This document shows positions 15,901 to 25,393 of a DNA stretch of 32,000 bases, in pieces. The notes beneath the pieces are model-generated. The model saw only the letters and a list, made by a program, of their open reading frames with translations, was not told the DNA's origin and ran no database searches. Position 1 is the stretch's first letter; the number at the start of each line of letters is the position of its first letter. Source of the stretch: Acaryochloris thomasi RCC1774 (GTDB lineage Bacteria > Cyanobacteriota > Cyanobacteriia > Thermosynechococcales > Thermosynechococcaceae); contig NZ_PQWO01000022.1 in the NCBI RefSeq assembly GCF_003231495.1, positions 1 to 32,000 on the forward strand, read 5' to 3'. Position numbers and translations under genes: made by a program.

Positions 15901-17337
15901 TCACAGAGCAGATGAACGACTCAACATTATTTGCGACCCGATCACGATAATTAGGGTCGACAAGGCCACTACTGGAACTACGGGTAAAAAGCCAAACGCC
16001 AACGCCTCTGGAATCCACTGCAGTTGAAAGCCAATCACAAGGGCCTCACCCACGCAGATCGACAGAATGCAGCTCAGGGCAGAGGCTCTCGGGAAGTACA
16101 GTGCCGCAATCACGGTGGGGAACAGTACCGCTAGACCTGTGAATGCTTGGGTTGCGATCGCAGCTATTGTATCCGGCGGGTTAAAAGCAATCGCCAACCC
16201 AATGATGGCTAAGATCACGATCAAGATCCGCCCCACAAAGGTTTGCTCCTGTAGCGAAGCATTCGGGCGCAGAGACGACACATAGATGTCGCGGGTGATC
16301 ATCGAGCTGAGGGCCAGCAGTTGCGAATCTAGCGTGGACATAAAAGCTGCGATCGCACCCACCATCACCAGCGCCGCCAGCCAATCTGGCGTATATTCTG
16401 CCAGCATCATCGGAAAGATCTGATCGGCAGCTTTTCCCGTCAGTTCTGGGAAAGGAATGTGGCCCCACATACCAATGGAGACGGGGCATATAAACAGTGT
16501 CACCGTCACCAGCGGATACAAAATTGCAGAGGTCTGCAGCGCCTTAGGCGTCTTCGGTGTATAAAACCGCATAAAAATCTGCGGAAACATCGGCACGCTC
16601 AAAAACCACAGACACATAAAGCTAAACCATTTGCGGGGCGTGAAGAACTGATCAACGCCCTGACGCGAGAGGAGTTCAGGCTTCAAGTCGTATGCAGCCT
16701 GATTTGCAGCCGCAAAACCGCCCAGATGATGGGCAATCGTCCCCAAAGCAACAAACATGAGGACAAACATCAAACAGCCCTGCAGTACATCAGTGAAAGC
16801 TACGCTTCTCATGCCGCCGACAAACACGTAGGCAACAATGACCGCCGTTAAACCCGTTGCGCCCACGAAGTAAGGGATCTGTCCATTCGTAACGCTCTCT
16901 AGTAGATAGCCCGCGCCGATGGGCTGCAGCGTCAGATAGGGCAAAGTGAAGATCACCATCACCGCCAAAAACACCCGCTTCAAGACCGGACTGCGGAAGC
17001 GCTCGCCGATCAGTTCTGCCGGTGTGATAAATCCGTGGGTTTGCCCCAGATGCCAAACCTTATCACCAATTAAGAAGAATGCGATCGCAACCAGCGCCGT
17101 CCCAAACGCCATCATCGGGTAGAAGCTAAGCCCCACCCGATAGCCTTCGCCCGAAAACCCCAAAAAGGTAAAAGCGCTGAAGTTGGTGGCAATCAGAGTC
17201 ATAAACAGAACCCAAGGGCTCACATTTCGGCCCGCCAAGAAGTAATCATCCGGCGTATCTTGTCGTTGACGATAGCCCACTAGACCCGTCAAAAGAGTGA
17301 CCAACAGATAGACACCCAAGATCAAATAAGGCATCAT
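15901..17337 (-). CDS. Sodium:solute symporter family (SSF) transporter
   Basis: 478 aa and highly hydrophobic, with about 12-13 TM segments. The N-terminal DYFLAGRNVSPWVLFMTLIATNFSAFTFLG is typical of SSF. Substrate unknown. Confidence 0.85.
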   Translation of the reverse strand: MMPYLILGVYLLVTLLTGLVGYRQRQDTPDDYFLAGRNVSPWVLFMTLIATNFSAFTFLGFSGEGYRVGLSFYPMMAFGTALVAIAFFLIGDKVWHLGQTHGFITPAELIGERFRSPVLKRVFLAVMVIFTLPYLTLQPIGAGYLLESVTNGQIPYFVGATGLTAVIVAYVFVGGMRSVAFTDVLQGCLMFVLMFVALGTIAHHLGGFAAANQAAYDLKPELLSRQGVDQFFTPRKWFSFMCLWFLSVPMFPQIFMRFYTPKTPKALQTSAILYPLVTVTLFICPVSIGMWGHIPFPELTGKAADQIFPMMLAEYTPDWLAALVMVGAIAAFMSTLDSQLLALSSMITRDIYVSSLRPNASLQEQTFVGRILIVILAIIGLAIAFNPPDTIAAIATQAFTGLAVLFPTVIAALYFPRASALSCILSICVGEALVIGFQLQWIPEALAFGFLPVVPVVALSTLIIVIGSQIMLSRSSAL

Positions 17338-17567
17338 CTTGCCCCTCCCTTAGGGCTGGGTACCTTCCAAAACGTGCGAGAGAATATCAGCAGCATGAGG
17401 GATAGCAGCACCTGCAGCCCCCCAAAATAAAAGACCCAGACTGGGAGATGTAGCACCCAAAAAGATCCACTCTGATGCCACCACCAGACGTCAAGGGATA
17501 GCAAAAACAGAACGGTAAAACCAAAGAACCAAACAGATGGCATCTCTAGAACTCTGTTCCGACTCAT
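17334..17567 (-). CDS. Small two-TM membrane protein coupled to the symporter (DUF3311-like)
   Basis: ATGA overlap with the symporter start. The hydrophobic Trp-rich core is WFFGFTVLFLLSLDVWWWH...LPVWVFYFGGLQVLLSLMLLIF. The start is uncertain (Met at 17567 or 17543, or the tracked TTG at 17645). Confidence 0.55.
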   Translation of the reverse strand: MSRNRVLEMPSVWFFGFTVLFLLSLDVWWWHQSGSFWVLHLPVWVFYFGGLQVLLSLMLLIFSRTFWKVPSPKGGAR

Positions 17568-17883
17568 TGCACACCTCAATCGTGGATTGATTAGCACTCT
17601 ATCTCCTTTCCAGGCGGCACTGAGCGATCGATTCATTACCCGCAAAATTTTAAGCTCGACCTTCCCTCAGAGCGAGTTTAGTTGTGCAGCGCATTTCTAC
17701 AAAATTCGGAGCCGGAAATTCTTGAAATCGTCGAGTCAGCATTCAGAAATACTGGCTTAGCATCCACCACTTCTCATAGCTCCTGCAAGGGCTTTAGGCC
17801 TCTCTCATCAGATGTTTAGACTTGCCTCAGTAGAATTTAGGGCTGGCTCAACATAATCAAAGAGCCATCAACGCCAAAAAGAG

Positions 17884-17912
17884 TTGACAGAGTATTTCTT
17901 CATTGATACAGT
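17884..17912 (+). promoter_or_regulatory. Candidate sigma70-type promoter
   Basis: TTGACA (17884-17889), a 17-nt spacer and TACAGT (17907-17912), followed by AGAGGA and the ATG at 17957. Confidence 0.4.
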
Positions 17913-17956
17913 ACATACGTACTAGCCCAGCCGAGATCTACAGCAGAGGAATAGTA

Positions 17957-18385
17957 ATGCACGCTAGAATCGCCCAGCCACAGACGCCTCAAGACTATGT
18001 GCTGACGAAGATCAACCATATCTATGATCGCAATCGCAAATTGCGCCTAGCGAAGCGTCATCAGGTGATTCTGCGACATCGCCGACGCTTGGTTCGGGCC
18101 AGAGCAAAGTTCAAGCAAGAACTCGATAGAGCGCTACACCCTAAAACGCAGCAGGGCTTAGGGGTCGCGGTCAGTCTCGACGAACGTTACCTAACACAGC
18201 CGGGCTTTATCGCCTATTTTGAGTTTGAAGGTCACTGCTGGATGCTGGCTCTTCAGCAGAAGTCCTGGCATAGCGAGTGGTTCTTCAAACGCGAAGATCA
18301 GTCCTCCGTGACCCGATGCAGCTCACGTACCCTTGAAGCCGCACTCTGCTATGCCCTCGGTCAGTCTCGTCATCAAGCTGCTTAG
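17957..18385 (+). CDS. Hypothetical protein with an Arg/Lys-rich N-terminal half
   Basis: ORF with the ATG at 17957 preceded by AGAGGA. The tracked TTG start (17903) would lie inside the predicted promoter. No family recognised. Confidence 0.45.
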   Translation: MHARIAQPQTPQDYVLTKINHIYDRNRKLRLAKRHQVILRHRRRLVRARAKFKQELDRALHPKTQQGLGVAVSLDERYLTQPGFIAYFEFEGHCWMLALQQKSWHSEWFFKREDQSSVTRCSSRTLEAALCYALGQSRHQAA

Positions 18386-18453
18386 GTTTCCTCGCCAGCA
18401 CCGATAAATTCCTTTAATTTGAAGACAGTGTTGTCTATACAAAGGATGGGCCT

Positions 18454-18948
18454 GTGCCTACAGCTCGCATTGAACCCGGTCCCGGCCAAGAATCTGTCTG
18501 GGACTATCCGCGGCCACCGCGCCTAGAAGATTCTGATAAGCATATTCAGATCAAATTTAACGGCGTCATGATTGCCGATACCCAGCGGGCAAAGCGGGTT
18601 TTAGAAACCAGTCACCCCCCGGTCTACTACATCCCATTAGAGGACATGCAGCAAGAGTATCTGCAGCAGACGAGTCGTTCAACCTTCTGTGAATGGAAGG
18701 GATCGGCATCTTACTACACGCTTGCGGTAGGCGATCAGGTTGCTGAAAACGCCGCTTGGTTCTATCCCAATCCCACAGAGAGATTTGCTTCAATCCAAAA
18801 CTATGTGGCAGTCTACCCGAGCCGCATGGAAGCTTGTTATGTCGATGGTGAAACCGTACAGTCTCAACCCGGAGACTTCTATGGTGGCTGGATTACCGAA
18901 GATATTGTCGGTCCATTCAAAGGCGGAATGGGGACGTGGGGTTGGTAG
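18454..18948 (+). CDS. DUF427 domain protein
   Basis: SVWDYPRPPRLE...FNGVMIADTQRAKRVLETSHPPVYYIPLEDM...STFCEWKGSASYY...AWFYPNP matches the DUF427 pattern. GTG start. Confidence 0.75.
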   Translation: MPTARIEPGPGQESVWDYPRPPRLEDSDKHIQIKFNGVMIADTQRAKRVLETSHPPVYYIPLEDMQQEYLQQTSRSTFCEWKGSASYYTLAVGDQVAENAAWFYPNPTERFASIQNYVAVYPSRMEACYVDGETVQSQPGDFYGGWITEDIVGPFKGGMGTWGW

Positions 18949-18965
18949 CGCTTGTTTGCAACCCT

Positions 18966-19355
18966 TTAGCAGATCGTCTGCTTGTCGCCTGTGGTGATGG
19001 CGTGGGCAGATGCGATCGCATCCACAATATGTTCGTGGCCACGCACCTCGATCCGCTCTCCTAGCTCATACTTAGAGTTTTTAGTCTGTGCAAAGACCCG
19101 TCCTTCTGTATCAGAAGCGTAGCTCTCAACCAGGGAGGTAAGGATTCTCATTCCAGTCGGATACTTGGGATGACGACTGATGACGCCGCTAATCACGACG
19201 TGCTCAGTGACCCTAAGTTCAATCCAGTTATCAAGCTTGGGTACACTAAGTAAGTCCTGCTCAATAGGCTGTAGGGGCTGATCGAAAAAGGCAGTTGTTT
19301 CGTTCATCGCATTGCTCAAACTAAGGTGGAATTGCTCTAGCATTGATGCTTGCAC
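18966..19355 (-). CDS. Hypothetical protein
   Basis: 129-aa ORF with host-like composition. GTG start, with an alternative ATG at 19343. No family recognised. Confidence 0.4.
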   Translation of the reverse strand: MQASMLEQFHLSLSNAMNETTAFFDQPLQPIEQDLLSVPKLDNWIELRVTEHVVISGVISRHPKYPTGMRILTSLVESYASDTEGRVFAQTKNSKYELGERIEVRGHEHIVDAIASAHAITTGDKQTIC

Positions 19356-19439
19356 CAGCAGTCAATGCTGTTCATAGACTACCCATAGCTTTTACTTGAA
19401 CAGTCAGTGAAATCACGGAATCCCTTATTGAAAGGGACT

Positions 19440-21071
19440 CTAGGGGTCATTGGCTCCATCATTACCTTTGAGGGAAGACTCTCTCGAGCTTGCTTCAACG
19501 ATCGTCACAGGGATGGGGCTAGACTCAAGGACAGCTTGAGACACAGACCCCACAATCAGATTCTCCCAGGCTTGATGCCCTCGTTTGCCGATCACGATAT
19601 CGCTCACCCTGTATTGCTGGGCCGTGTGTACAATCACGTCTGGAATCGGTCCGTCGAGGATATGAAATCGATGTCGAACATCTAGTAACAATCGCTGGCT
19701 GAGGCTCTGGAGAGCTTTGAGGTCATCGGTCTCGTGGGCCTGAGCGATATGGAGAACCATCACTTCACCATCGCTACGTCGGGCCAGTTCTGCTGCCTTA
19801 GCTAAGACTTGGGGAGCCAGAGGTGAAGTATCCACAGCTGCCATCAGAAGCGGACGCGTCTGGACCGCAACCTTTGTCGGATCGACAGGGTCTTTTGAGA
19901 GAAGTTTGGGGGCAAAGGTGGGAATAGCCCAGGCTCCGAATGGGGCTGTTGTGAGGATAGAAAGGGCTGCGATCGCAAGTATCACTTCCCCACCCTCAAT
20001 GCCTTGACTCAAAGGGACTGCTCCAATGGCCGCCTGCACCGTTGCCTTGGCCGAATTCCCCGGCAGCAGGAATAGCTTTTCCCGCAGCGTCCAGTTACTG
20101 CCCCACGTTGAGAGGAACCAGCCAATAGAGCGTCCTAGCAGCAAGCCAACCACAAGTATTAATAGCCCTGGCAACAGAGTATTTTCCAACGCCCGAATCT
20201 GAATGCTGGCCCCTAAAAGAACAAATAGGAGGATTTCAGCAATGCTCCATAGATTGTTGAATTCCAGGCGTAGGCGTCTTGCAAGGGGCGGGTCCAGCTC
20301 AATCAAGAAAAATCCGAGGGCCATCGCTGCTAAGTACCCTGAAAAGTAGGGCAGCTTTTGAGCCGCTAGCACCATCAGCAATGCTGTACTGGCGGTAATT
20401 AAGAGATCATGAACGGCGGTCTGGCTCCAGTTTTGACGGACCAAGATCACAATCATCAGACGAGCGGCCAAGTACCCCAGCGCGATCCCTAAGACAATCT
20501 GACCTAGTACCTGCACCGGCAGCAGCCAAGCTGAGCTAGCCGCGCTCCCTGTAATCACGGTCAGCAGCAGACTAAACACCAGCAGCACCAGCACATCAGA
20601 GAGGGCGCTCCCCGTCAAAATCGCATCGGGAATTCCTTTGGCAACCCCAAAACCGAGGCTCTTGAGCCGCAGCATCCCTGGCACAATCACGGCAGGGGAT
20701 TCGGCCCCCACAACACAGCCCAGCAAGAGGCCTGTGACCCAGTCAAACTGAAACAGCACCATTGCCAGCGTCATCACAACAGTGGCTTCTGCGATCACCG
20801 GCAGCAATCCCAATCGGAGAGCGACGGTGCCCTGCTGCTGTAGTTTTTTGCGGTCTAATCCTAAACCCGCCCGCATCAAGATCACCATTACGGCAACGGT
20901 GCGTAGATCGTCAGCGCTATCAAGGACGCTGGAATCGAGGACGTTGGCTAACTCTGGTCCGAGGCCAATACCAGCTAGAATCATGCCGATTAAAGGAGGC
21001 GCTCCGATTCGGCGGGCGAGTTGCCCTGCGAAAAATCCTGCTAGGAGAATCCAGATGGCGCTGCCTAGCAT
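19440..21071 (-). CDS. Cation:proton antiporter (CPA family) fused to a C-terminal universal stress protein (USP) domain
   Basis: About 400 aa of TM segments typical of Na+/H+ exchangers (LIGMILAGIGLGP...). The soluble tail is MAAVDTSPLAPQVLAKAAELARRSDGEVMVLHI...DIVIGKRGH...LIVGSVSQAVLESSPIPVTIV, which is USP-like. Confidence 0.8.
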   Translation of the reverse strand: MLGSAIWILLAGFFAGQLARRIGAPPLIGMILAGIGLGPELANVLDSSVLDSADDLRTVAVMVILMRAGLGLDRKKLQQQGTVALRLGLLPVIAEATVVMTLAMVLFQFDWVTGLLLGCVVGAESPAVIVPGMLRLKSLGFGVAKGIPDAILTGSALSDVLVLLVFSLLLTVITGSAASSAWLLPVQVLGQIVLGIALGYLAARLMIVILVRQNWSQTAVHDLLITASTALLMVLAAQKLPYFSGYLAAMALGFFLIELDPPLARRLRLEFNNLWSIAEILLFVLLGASIQIRALENTLLPGLLILVVGLLLGRSIGWFLSTWGSNWTLREKLFLLPGNSAKATVQAAIGAVPLSQGIEGGEVILAIAALSILTTAPFGAWAIPTFAPKLLSKDPVDPTKVAVQTRPLLMAAVDTSPLAPQVLAKAAELARRSDGEVMVLHIAQAHETDDLKALQSLSQRLLLDVRHRFHILDGPIPDVIVHTAQQYRVSDIVIGKRGHQAWENLIVGSVSQAVLESSPIPVTIVEASSRESSLKGNDGANDP

Positions 21072-21195
21072 AAAGAATTAATCAGGGTCACAAGATAGGT
21101 GAAAGCGTTTGGACAGGTCACATACACCACTAGGCTGTATCGGTATATTGGATAGTATCAATAGTAACCGTTTGTCCTTTTGGAGAAAGTAGCCG

Positions 21196-21767
21196 ATGCT
21201 GATTACCTCCAAACCGAATCAAAAACTAACGCTAGAGACCTACCTTACCTATGAAGATGGCACCGATGTTCTGTATGAGTTAGTCGATGGAGCACTCATT
21301 TCAATGGGGTTAGGTAGTGGTCAGCATGGGGTCATCATCAAGTTGTTAGAGCGTCATTTTGATGCTGAAATTGAGCGATCGCAAAAAAACTGGGTCGCAC
21401 TCTCTCAGGGAACCCTTGGTCTTCAATCCCCCGAGGAGGGCGGTGGGACACCTCACGGATTCCTGATGTGGCTGTTATCACGAAGGAGCAGTGGCGAGAG
21501 CTGCAGCAACGAGAGGCAGTTATTCGACTCAATGAATCACCTCCAGTCTTAGTGGTCGAAGTTGTGAGTGAATCAACCAAACGCACAGACTATCGAGCCA
21601 AGCGCGCTGAGTACAGCGTCCTAAACATTTCTGAGTACTGGATTGTTGACCCTTTAGTAAAAACGGTGACGGTCCTGACGTTGGCAGACGGATGGTATGA
21701 GGAACAGGTCTTCGTCAAGTCTGAGGCTATTATCTCAGATACTACCGACGCTTGCCCTTACGCCTGA
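21196..21767 (+). pseudogene. Uma2 family endonuclease gene interrupted by a frameshift
   Basis: The N-terminal part LTLETYLTYEDGTDVLYELVDGALISMG...HGVII is in frame 1 (ORF 21196-21552). SRIPDVAVITKEQW...PPVLVVEVVSESTKRTDYRAKRAEY...ISEYWIVDP is in the next frame (ORF 21468-21767). The total is 190 codons, which is Uma2-sized. The shift is probably at the C5 run 21428-21432. Confidence 0.75.
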
Positions 21768-21869
21768 AAGTGTTCTACAAGACGTAAGCCGGTGAACGTA
21801 GCGATACTGACTTTCTGTAGAGGAAAAATTTTTGGTTTAGGATCATCTCATTAGCAACTCTTTTCCTTG

Positions 21870-22958
21870 ATGGCATCCCCTCTCGTCGTATACTTCAACA
21901 CAACATGGGACTATACAGCACACCAACCTCTGCAAGAACTGATTGATACTGGTATTGCTACCTCGATCTATGAGTATGATCCGGCGTTCAAGGGGCAGCA
22001 GCTATATTTTTGCTATCGCTGTGGATACCCGTGCTACAGGAATCCCACAGAGGGGGTTTCTGTAAATCCGAATAAACGTCCTTTCTTTGCTCACTACAGT
22101 ATTCCCAATCATCCTCCTTGTAAGCTGCGCACCAGCCAGGGAGAAGGACAAAGCTACTCCTCGGAAGTAATTAAGGGCAAAGCGGTCGAAGATCAATGTC
22201 TGACAATTATTGATAGCTGGTGTTCTCTACCTGAAGAGCAAGAGCTAGCAGAGAATGAAAGCAGTCAATATTCGGGAACGGTGGAAGATGAGTTTGGTCC
22301 TCCAGCTTGCAAACCTATTGTCCGCTACCTGGGTCTACAGGAGCTAACTGAGCGAAGAATTTATTCAGTACAATACATCGCTTGGCATCTTCACCTCTTC
22401 ATTGATCGGGACATTCAGCTACCGGAGTGCTTGCATTCAAACCTGTTCCAAGATGCATTCATTCATGCATCCGCTGTATTCAGTTTGGAGACTGGAACAC
22501 CAGGCTTGTATTGGGGACGTGTAAGGAGTTTGATGTGGATTGGGGAATTTTTATACATCGCCTTTGGCTATGACACTCACTGCTTCTACCTTGCTATTTC
22601 AAAAGAGAATGTCAAAGCGAGAGGCTGGAGCGTCGACTATTTGCAAGGCAGATATATTGTTGCGGCAGGTCAGCTAGCAGAGTCACTACTGCTTCAGGAC
22701 AGAGAAGAGCAGTTTTATTCTTCAAGAGTCTGCCGAGTTGTGGAAGCTCAGGAGTGGGGCGCATCTGGAATTGTCAGCAGGAAAGAAGAGCGATTTCTAC
22801 CCTCTATTGACGTTGAATGGGTTGATCCAGCTATTTTCCCTAACAAAACTCCTATCACAAATGAAGATGTTGCCAGAAGCCGAGAGAAACGACTGAAAAC
22901 GTTTGACGTGATGATTAAGCTCGTTGAGAAGATATTCAAGCCCCCAAGCAGTTTTTAA
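21870..22958 (+). CDS. Hypothetical protein with a CoiA-like N-terminal zinc-ribbon motif
   Basis: FCYRCGYPCYRNPTEGVSVNPNKRPFFAHYSIPNHPPC follows the pattern F-C-x2-C-G...P-(H/F)-F-A-H-x6-C seen at the N-terminus of competence protein CoiA. I do not recognise the rest of the protein. The 3' end overlaps the radA stop by 4 nt. Confidence 0.55.
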   Translation: MASPLVVYFNTTWDYTAHQPLQELIDTGIATSIYEYDPAFKGQQLYFCYRCGYPCYRNPTEGVSVNPNKRPFFAHYSIPNHPPCKLRTSQGEGQSYSSEVIKGKAVEDQCLTIIDSWCSLPEEQELAENESSQYSGTVEDEFGPPACKPIVRYLGLQELTERRIYSVQYIAWHLHLFIDRDIQLPECLHSNLFQDAFIHASAVFSLETGTPGLYWGRVRSLMWIGEFLYIAFGYDTHCFYLAISKENVKARGWSVDYLQGRYIVAAGQLAESLLLQDREEQFYSSRVCRVVEAQEWGASGIVSRKEERFLPSIDVEWVDPAIFPNKTPITNEDVARSREKRLKTFDVMIKLVEKIFKPPSSF

Positions 22959-24430
22959 CTTTTCTGTTCTACTTGAGAGCCAGACTTCAGCGCCGCCACG
23001 ATCGCATCGGCCACTCGAGACACAGGAATAATCTCAATATCAAGATCGGGAAACGATTGTCCTTTGGGAACAATCGCTTTCTTAAAGCCCAGCTTCAGCG
23101 CTTCCTTAAGGCGCAGCTCCATTTGCGAGACCGATCGCACCTGCCCCCCCAAACCCACTTCACCAATGATCACCGTCAGCGGATCGACAAGCCGATCTCT
23201 AAAGCTGGCTGCAACCGCGATCGCAACCCCTAAATCCGCTGCAGGCTCCGCCACATTCAACCCCCCGGAAGAAGCCACATAAGCGTCAAGCTTCGAGAGC
23301 GGAATGCCCAAACGCTTCTCTAGCACCGCCAAAATCTGCAGCAGCCGGTTATATTCCAAACCCGTCGTGGATCGGCGCGGAGAACTGTAGCTCGTCGGGC
23401 TTACCAATGCCTGCAGTTCCACCACAATCGGGCGCGTCCCTTCGCAGGCCACAATCGTAGCGGTGCCCGGAGCTACTTCATCACGATCGCCCAAAAATAA
23501 TTCTGATGGGTTAGGGACTTCCCGCAATCCCCGATCCATCATCTCGAAAACGCCGAGTTCATGGGTGGCTCCAAAGCGATTTTTAACCGATCTCAGCAGC
23601 CGATGGTTGGCGAACCGTTCGCCTTCGAAGTATAAAACCGTATCGACGAGGTGTTCGAGCACTTTTGGACCTGCGATCGCACCTTCCTTAGTCACATGCC
23701 CCACAATAAACAGCATGATATTTTCCTGCTTCGCCAACCGCATCAGGGCCGAAGTACATTCCCGCACCTGCGCCACAGACCCCGGAGAAGAAGTCAGAGA
23801 CGAAAAATAAAGCGCCTGGATACTGTCAATTACGGCAACCTGAGGCTTCAGAGAATCAAGCTCTTGCAAAATCGTTTCCAGATCCGTCTCAGGCAGCAAG
23901 TAAAGGTCAGGGTTCTCAGCAGCAGACTCACCAGCCCCTGAAGAATCATGGTTCAGCACCCCTGCTGGCTGGACGCCAAGGCGCTGAGCACGGAGCTTCA
24001 CCTGCTGCCCCGACTCCTCAGCGCAGACATAGAGAACACACTGACGCTGACTCAGTTGATTCACAATTTGCAAAAGCAGCGTTGATTTTCCAATACCCGG
24101 ATCGCCCCCAATCAGCACCAGGGAACCCGGCACAATTCCACCCCCCAGAACCCGATCAAGTTCTAGATAGCCTGAACTAAATCGCTGCGTTGGATTATCA
24201 GCAATTTGAGCCAGCGTTAAAGCCGATACCGCCTGCGGTGGAGCTGGAGCACGTCGCTTTTTTGAAGAGCGCTGATTAACCAAACGCGCACCGTCTGTCG
24301 TTGAAGTTATGGGTTCAACGACCTGCTCTACAAGCGTATTCCAGGCATGGCAGGCCGGACATTTACCAAAGTATTGGGGCGAAGATGCACCACATTCTTG
24401 ACAAACATATTGCGATCTTGATTTAGCCAT
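22955..24430 (-). CDS. radA: DNA repair protein RadA/Sms
   Basis: The N-terminal zinc finger is YVCQECGASSPQYFGKCPACHAWNT, Walker A is GGDPGIGKSTLLLQ, and the KNRFG motif is SVKNRFGATHE. A Lon-protease-like C-terminal domain is present. Confidence 0.95.
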   Translation of the reverse strand: MAKSRSQYVCQECGASSPQYFGKCPACHAWNTLVEQVVEPITSTTDGARLVNQRSSKKRRAPAPPQAVSALTLAQIADNPTQRFSSGYLELDRVLGGGIVPGSLVLIGGDPGIGKSTLLLQIVNQLSQRQCVLYVCAEESGQQVKLRAQRLGVQPAGVLNHDSSGAGESAAENPDLYLLPETDLETILQELDSLKPQVAVIDSIQALYFSSLTSSPGSVAQVRECTSALMRLAKQENIMLFIVGHVTKEGAIAGPKVLEHLVDTVLYFEGERFANHRLLRSVKNRFGATHELGVFEMMDRGLREVPNPSELFLGDRDEVAPGTATIVACEGTRPIVVELQALVSPTSYSSPRRSTTGLEYNRLLQILAVLEKRLGIPLSKLDAYVASSGGLNVAEPAADLGVAIAVAASFRDRLVDPLTVIIGEVGLGGQVRSVSQMELRLKEALKLGFKKAIVPKGQSFPDLDIEIIPVSRVADAIVAALKSGSQVEQKS

Positions 24431-24504
24431 ACACTTCGTAATAAAAAACGAAATCTTAAATATTCCTGAAACGATTATGCCTAAAGGAGTTTATCGTTTT
24501 CAAC

Positions 24505-24518
24505 TGACATTAATGTCA
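24505..24518. promoter_or_regulatory. Perfect 14-bp palindrome in the radA-rpaB divergent intergenic region, a candidate operator
   Basis: TGACATTAATGTCA is its own reverse complement. It lies 75 nt from the radA start and 72 nt from the rpaB start. Confidence 0.3.
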
Positions 24519-24589
24519 TGGTAACTTAGGGTAAGCGATCAAAAATTTAACCTTTTGACAGAACTTGAGATGAAGGAGTATTAAAAAAA

Positions 24590-25321
24590 TTGGACTCGAA
24601 TAAAGAAAGAATACTCGTTGTTGACGATGAAGCCAGCATCCGCCGGATTCTCGAAACTCGACTGTCTATGATTGGCTATGATGTCGTGACCGCCGCCGAT
24701 GGTGAAGAAGCCATCGAAACCTTTCATGACGCCATCCCCGATCTAGTGGTGCTAGACGTGATGATGCCGAAGCTAGACGGCTATGGGGTCTGTCAAGAGC
24801 TGCGTAAAGAATCTGATATCCCGATCATCATGCTGACGGCACTGGGTGATGTCGCCGATCGGATTACAGGTCTGGAGCTAGGGGCCGATGATTATGTGGT
24901 TAAGCCTTTCTCTCCCAAAGAGCTAGAAGCTCGCATTCGCTCCGTGCTCCGTCGCGTGGGCAAAAACGGTGCGCCAGGAATCCCCAGCTCCGGTGTGATC
25001 GGGGTTGCCAACCTCCGCATTGATACCAACAAGCGCCAGGTTTACAAGGGCGATGAGCGCATTCGTTTAACTGGCATGGAGTTCAGCCTCTTAGAACTGT
25101 TGGTCAGTCGATCCGGCGAAGCCTTCTCTCGCTCCGAAATCCTGCAGGAAGTTTGGGGCTATACTCCTGAGCGTCATGTGGACACGCGGGTAGTGGATGT
25201 TCACATTTCACGACTGAGGGCCAAACTCGAAGAAGATCCGAGCAATCCAGAACTAATTCTCACCGCTCGGGGAACGGGCTATCTATTCCAGCGGATTATC
25301 GAAGCAGGCGAAGTGGGCTAA
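24590..25321 (+). CDS. rpaB: OmpR-family response regulator RpaB (Ycf27/Rre26 orthologue)
   Basis: KERILVVDDEASIRRILETRLSMIGYDVVTAADGEEA...DLVVLDVMMPKLDGYGVCQELRKESDIPIIMLTALGDVADRITGLELGADDYVVKPFSPKELEARIRSVLRRV is nearly identical to cyanobacterial RpaB as I remember it. TTG start. Confidence 0.9.
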   Translation: MDSNKERILVVDDEASIRRILETRLSMIGYDVVTAADGEEAIETFHDAIPDLVVLDVMMPKLDGYGVCQELRKESDIPIIMLTALGDVADRITGLELGADDYVVKPFSPKELEARIRSVLRRVGKNGAPGIPSSGVIGVANLRIDTNKRQVYKGDERIRLTGMEFSLLELLVSRSGEAFSRSEILQEVWGYTPERHVDTRVVDVHISRLRAKLEEDPSNPELILTARGTGYLFQRIIEAGEVG

Positions 25322-25393
25322 CCTCTATCACTCTAGGCAAGATCTAAATTTTGCGGTGCGATATCCTGGGGCAAGCAGCGTTCAGTTAGGCAT

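Noticed and set aside
24431-24589. RpaB HLR1 autoregulatory site upstream of rpaB
   Set aside because: I could not find two (G/T)TTACA(T/A)(T/A) direct repeats with 2-nt spacing. GTTACCATGA on the minus strand near 24519-24528 matches only one half-site.
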